From Eledone cirrhosa (taxonomy: Eukaryota): a stretch of DNA of 64,000 nt. Of the stretch, positions 58,102-64,000 are shown piece by piece. Made by a program: the position numbers and the translations under genes. Location: assembly GCA_964016885.1 (NCBI GenBank), contig OZ024745.1:16430001-16494000 (forward strand), written 5' to 3'. The first letter of the stretch is position 1, and each line of letters opens with the position of its first letter. The notes below the pieces were generated by a model. The model did not search any database. It saw nothing but the letters and a program-made list of their open reading frames with translations, and had not been told where the DNA came from.

Positions 58102-61100
58102 ATGGCCAATATAAGAGTTGGGTGTGTGAACGTATGCGGCCTGGGGATGCCCTGGAAACAGGGCAAACTCTTGAACGACTTCAGGTCGCACAGTATGGAT
58201 GTAGTAGCCATTTGTGAGTCCAGGATCCACAGCGAGCGACAGCTGGCCCCCATCTTCGATGACTTTGAGATCTACGCATCTCTCTGTCAGCCGTGGGGTG
58301 GGGGCGTGGTTGCCGTTTTGCTGCGGAAACACATGGGCCTCGTAACACAGACGGTACATCTGGACCCGGAGGGTCGACTGGTGGTCCTAGACGTTGACGG
58401 TAGTGAAGGTGGAGCCTTCAGGCTGGTGGCCGCATATTCCCCATCCGGGACACCGCGGCTAGACTTCTTCAAACGTCTAGAGACTTTTCTGGGAACGTCC
58501 CGCTCTTTGCTTTTAGTGGGGGACTGGAATGGAATCCTAGATGCACGTTGGGACTATGTGGGAGCATGTCCCGAAAAAGGGGGGTGTAACATCCTCAAAC
58601 AGTTAATCGGCCGATTTGACCTGACCGATAGATATCGACTAGATTTTCCGACTGTGCCACTGTGGACGTGGACTAATAATAGCGGAACATCTAGATCGTA
58701 CCTAGATAGGGTTCTAGTTAGAAATATGGATAGGGACATGTTAAGCTGTCCACAAATGTTCATGGTTGCCTATTCAGATCACAAACTAGTGGCCTGCATG
58801 GTCAACATTGATAGAACCCATAGACAAGGACCCGGCTACTGGAAGCTGAACTTGTCGTTAGCGACATGCAAAGCCTACAGTAGACGGATTACCACTTTAG
58901 TTAAACAGCACTTGACAGGGGCCATTGTTAACAACAGATGGTTATACTCTCTCAAGAGGGCAGTTAGATTAGACTCGTTAGTTTCTAGTAAAGAATTAGC
59001 GTTAGATAGAAATAGAACCGAGAAAGAACTGGTAGATAAAGTAGAAGAGGCAATTAGAAGTGGCAACGTAGCCAGCGTGCTAGCAACGAGAACGGCCTTG
59101 GACCAGTCCTTGATGCAAAGCACGAGGGCTGCGTTGTCAGAAGCAAAATACGTGCTCTGGGAAATGAGGGAGCCAAAGCTATTAGCTAGGCCTGAGTGAC
59201 GGAGGCAAAAAGTGGCAACAAGTCCACGATTCGGTCTTTGAAGGACCAAAACGGACGCGTGATACGTGAGCCGAAGCAGATGTGTGCAGCCTTTCAGCGG
59301 CACTTTGCTCGGCTGTTCGGGCAGGGCGGCGCGCCGGGAGGGGCTATGGATTTCGGTACATACCTCGACGGCTTACCCGACTCTCGGACAGCGAGGCAGA
59401 GTTCTGCGAAAAGGCGATTTCAGCCGCTGAGATAGGAGACGAGTTGAGCCAATGCGGCAAACGCAAATCTCCGGGTCTTGACGGTCTACCCTACGAATTT
59501 TACGTAGCAATGCCGGACTTATTCTCCGGTCTCCTGGAAGCGGTCTACTGCAACTGGCAACAGAACGGGAGAATTCCCAGTTCTGTGACCGGGGGTGTAG
59601 TCACACTAGTCAGGAAGGACGATAATAAGGGGGATGACATAGGCAACTTCCGGTCCATGACTCTGCTAAACACAGAGTTACAGATTTTGGCCAAGGTGTT
59701 GGCAAAGAGGTTGGCGCTTGTCGAGAACCTGGTGGGAGAAGCGCAGACATGCGCAATCCCGACCAGGTCCATACACGACAACCTCCACCTCATTTGATAC
59801 ATCATAGAGAGGGTAGGGTGTAAACCCGGCTTCGGTAGGGACATTATCAACTTGGATCAGTCTAAGGCTTTCGATAGGGTTGACCATCGTTACCTGGATG
59901 CGGTGCTCGAGGCGGCAGGCTTCGGACCCGTGTTCAGGGGCTGGATTGCTGCAATGCATAACAGCAACATCTGCTCAAGGGTTAAGGTGAACGGCTACCT
60001 CTCGGAGGCGTTCCATATCACGCGATCTATTCGACACGGATGCCCTCTCTCCTCCCTTCTGTACGTATTGACTCTCAAGCCACTACTGCGGAAGTTGGAG
60101 CTATTGCAGGGCATCCCTCTGGAACCGGCACTGTGGAAAGTAGCGTCGGCCTACGCTGACGACGTGACAGTAATGGTGACCAGCGCCTCGCAAATCAAGG
60201 AAGTCGGCACCTTACTGAAGGAATACGAAAGGTTCACAGGAGCGAAGCTGAACCGGGACAAGTCCATCGGTTTGCAACTCGGATCGTGGAGAGTCAACCG
60301 ATGCCTTCCGATGGTGTCGTCGGACGCTGGACGGAAGGACCAGTAAAGCTGCTCGGGGTCTGGTTTGGTCCAGACCTCCAGGTGTAGAAGAACTGGAACG
60401 AGGTGTCGGCCAATGTGGTTGCACTCACCCAGAAGTGGGCTGAGTGCAACCTACCTTGAAAGGTCGAGCGGAGGTGGGGCGAACACTTTTATAGCGTTCG
60501 CCATCTACTACTGCTTGACTGTCGTGCCCTGCCCAGCCAAAACGCTCGCCAAAATGGAGCGCGCGCTCTTGCAATTCCTTTGGAAGAGGCGGGCTCCTTT
60601 GGTGAGAAGTTCCATCTGCTGCCAACGCCATTCCAACGGAGCGCTGGGGATGCCGTGGCTGACGATGCGCAAACACGCACTCAGGCTGCGGCATCTCTAC
60701 GTATTCCTCACCCGACAACCGGTGTGGGCCCCGTTCGTGAAGCGAGCCTTCTCACGACTCGTCTCGCTGACCGAGCTGCAGTCCTGGGTTAAGCAAAGAC
60801 CGAGGAAAATAGGCGACTGGCACATCGAATATGCTCAGGCGCTCACAGCCCTCTGGCAGGTGGACCCCGTGATCAGTGGAGACTCCACTTCGTCATTCTA
60901 TAGAGGGTTGATCCGTAGCAAGTGCGACGACGTGGTCGGTGAAACTCTGGGCGTAGAGGAAGACGAACTGGCCAGTCTGTTCGGTAGGACCTTCCGCCCG
61001 GGACCGGTGGACAACTTCCAAAAGTCCCTGGCCTGGCAGTGCTACCGAGGAGCTCTACCAGTTCGAGACAAGCTCTACAGACATGGGCGCCCGGGTAGGG

Positions 61101-61520
61101 ACCCTGCAAAAAAAATCTGTCCGAGGTGCGTACGAGACGAAGAAACCGTCGCGCACGCATTCATACACCGCCCGGGCGTCACCGACCTGTGGGGCTATGT
61201 AGAACGACTATTGTCACGGGTGGGACCAATCCGGTTGACCACCGAGTTCATTGTCATGATCAAACCGCCACCCTCCTTTAAAAACGAAGGAGAGGCGGTT
61301 TTCCTATGTGTGATAGCTATGGCGAAAGAGGTTGTATGGTGGACAAGGTTGAAAGGGCTGAGGTCAGACACCTTTCTCTCCGGCCAACAAATGATTCTTT
61401 CTTTCAAATACCACTTTGATGGAGAGAGAGGTGCTGTACCCCAGCAAGTTTTATGAAAGGTAGGTGAAAGTGGCGAGAATGGCCCGAGTGAATGAGCCTT
61501 CTCTCTATATCAGCCTGTAG
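58102..61520 (+). pseudogene. Tx1/L1-type ORF2 (EN-RT-zinc finger), frameshifted
   Basis: VGCVNVCGL, GDWN, SDHK, GYWKLN, KSPGLDGLPYEFY, DQSKAFDRVDH, HGCPLS, AYADD, CPRC..ETVAHAF across several frames. Confidence 0.92.
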
Positions 61521-63326
61521 GTTGAGGAAAAAGAGGAGGAGAGGAAGGAGTACAAACTCTTCGTACTCCTGGAGATGAGGGTTGCACATTTTTTTTTCGG
61601 CGGTATGTGTTACTCATATGTAATGTCTCCCCCTAATTGCAGCACACACTGAACATTTTGTTTCATAGATGCCATTTTGATATTGGAAATTACAACTACT
61701 TCCTGAAGAGGAGAAAATGTAAAACATGTTCAGAAAAACAATGAAAAAGTAAAATCCCAAATAGTATACGAGATATGGTATTTTATAATAAGGGAAAGAC
61801 TTTACGTTCACCTTGTGTATGGCTTTGTTTATGTGTGTTGAAACTTCATAACAGCTTCCTCGTGAAATTAACGTGCAGGCTGTTATGAATTCATGGTAAA
61901 ACAACCAAATATATCAGCGTTTATTCATGTGTTGTTGATATAGATTAAATTGAAAAAGAAAAAAAGTATTCCGGAAACATAAAAAAGGCTGAGTTCCCGA
62001 AACAGCAGTAAATAATAACATCCTTAAGTTTCAATAACTGCTTCGATCTAAGCTAACAGAAGCATGTCAAGGGGTCTTGATTACTTTGGAACTCTGTGAA
62101 ACTTTGGCAAAAGAAAAACGAAACCACAACAAATTAAGAAAACAAGCAAAATAAGCAACGATCTTAAAGTATATCCTACAGAGACTGACAAGTTAGAAGG
62201 CTTGATAGTTTTTGATGTTGTTCAAACATGCATTTATGCAGAAAAAAAAAATCTTGGTGACTGTGGTGATACGTCATGCTGAGTTATGTCTGGAAGGCAA
62301 AGACATCTTTCTAGTAATAGAATCCAAACATTTCTTTGTTGAGGGAATGTTCGAAAGTACATATCAACTTTCTCCATAAATCTATGAACTTCTCCATTAA
62401 TAACTCTGTTATATCTTATGGAATTTTATAAACTTCTTTCATTATACACAATTTTTGTTAATGCCCCCCCCCCCCCCCCCCTATATATCATGGTGAGGTG
62501 TATCTGAGACGAGTCCCTATATATAGTGGATTTGGTTGCTATTTCTTGCAGATCAATAATCACTTAACTTTTCTCGTTGGTTTCTATAGTTTCCGGTTTA
62601 TCAGCAAAATATTATTACTCATATTATTCTTGATGCTGCTGCTACTGTCACATTTCTTTGTGTTATTGATGTTGTTGCCGGTCTTGTTATCGTTTCTACA
62701 GTGTTTGATATTGTTTAATCTCAGATCAGCTTCGAGCAAGCAAACTTCTTGCTGTCATCACCATTCCACCTTTTCCTGAAGATTACATTATCCACTATAT
62801 TACTTTTTTGAATTTTTAATGAAGTAAAGTGTGGCTTGGCTGCTATTTCTAGATAGAGTCTTTCTAGGTGTTATAGAAGTTAAAGAAGTCGAACAAAAAG
62901 TAGAAAATGGATAAATATGTGGAAATCTGTGAAAATAAATTCCAAAATTTTGCGTTGGTTCCAGCTGAGACTAATAAGCTGCTTTCATGTATATATAGGT
63001 GAAGCCGTGTTAGTGTCTGGGTGGTGCCTGCAATAGACTAATAGACTGTCTTTCATGTGTATATAGGTGAGGATGAAATTAATGTTGGCAGTCAAATAGA
63101 AGTTTTATACTCTGATGCACTCTATGGGACACCTTTTATATTTGGCAAGGACGTCTCTATAATGTTATTATGGCTGATGGCACCAGCAAAATACATTGTG
63201 AGATGAACGACAACAGAAAACACCGAAGATGGAATCTCACTTGTACAATAGAAAGCTAATTAAATTTCTCAGATTTCCATTCAAAGAAGTAGAGTTGGAA
63301 ATAAGAGAAAACTAGTATGGACGTAT

Positions 63327-63329
<3 letters not shown>

Positions 63330-63420
<91 letters not shown>

Positions 63421-63440
63421 CAGTGTATAAGTGTGTGTGT
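63330..63440. repeat. (GT)n microsatellite
   Basis: Direct reading. Confidence 0.95.
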
Positions 63441-63904
63441 GAGTATATGCGTGTGAGAAAATTGGCTGGATTCATTGGAGAAAAGCGAATTTGCATTTAG
63501 AGAAATTATACGAAAATTTAGTCTGTGTTATTGTTTAACACAAGGCAGCTTCTATTGATCAACTTCCTGATTAATGACGTTCCAGCCATGCCAGTTTCCT
63601 GTTCCAGTATTTTAACATTGGTTGCACTATGCCTTGTTCACACTGGGGCCATGTTTGGGCTGGGTTATGACGCCTACTGAATGCTCTTCCTAAAACTAAC
63701 CACATTTACAGTGTGGAATTGGGTGGCACCGTTACGAGAAGGGTCTGGTCAGTGGTAGCGTATGTGTTTGTATGTATGCGTGTGTCGTCACTGCCTCCGT
63801 CTCTTATGCTCTCCTATAAGCAAATGGGGTCCATGCGCTGACCACCCCGCGGCCCCGGGGGAGAGAATAGAGAAGGCATGTGGAATGTATTTACTTAAGC
63901 TTTA

Positions 63905-64000
63905 ATAATGGTTTCTTATATAGGTACAAGGCCAGCAATTTTTTGGGGAGGGGAAAGGCGATTAAATCGACTCCAGCGCATAACTGGTACTTTGTTTGAT
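63905..64000 (-). mobile_element. Nin-domain SINE 3' part (cut by the window end)
   Basis: caaggccagcaattt...gattaaatcgactccagcgc..actggtacttt. Confidence 0.75.

Overview
This is AT-rich eukaryotic DNA, dense in microsatellites, with no convincing intact host gene. The tRNA-derived Nin-domain and CORE-type SINEs and the repeat style suggest an octopus/cephalopod genome (inference). Almost all listed ORFs are microsatellite or minisatellite read-throughs. The real coding remnants are retroelements: a CR1-like 3' end, a CRE-like C-terminal fragment, a near full-length but disabled RTE LINE with three C-terminal C2H2 fingers (22.0-26.0 kb), a 5'-truncated Penelope-like element (PLE) with a GIY-YIG endonuclease (33.9-35.9 kb, minus), an RTE 3' end, and two tandem Tx1/L1-type LINE copies next to (TATC)n (55.6-61.6 kb). 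There is also a 3.8-kb 17-bp minisatellite, many SINEs and several MITEs. The most striking unexplained signal is a set of short, mutually unrelated non-coding inserts between (TA)n tracts that carry type I hammerhead ribozyme motifs (CUGANGA...GAAA, palindromic stem III, UH site). Six such loci are intact or nearly intact and several more are decayed. Many are terminally redundant or arranged as fold-back inverted repeats, which looks like a diverse PLE-mobilised, retrozyme-like system targeting (TA)n. All structures were derived by eye and coordinates of repeat edges are approximate.
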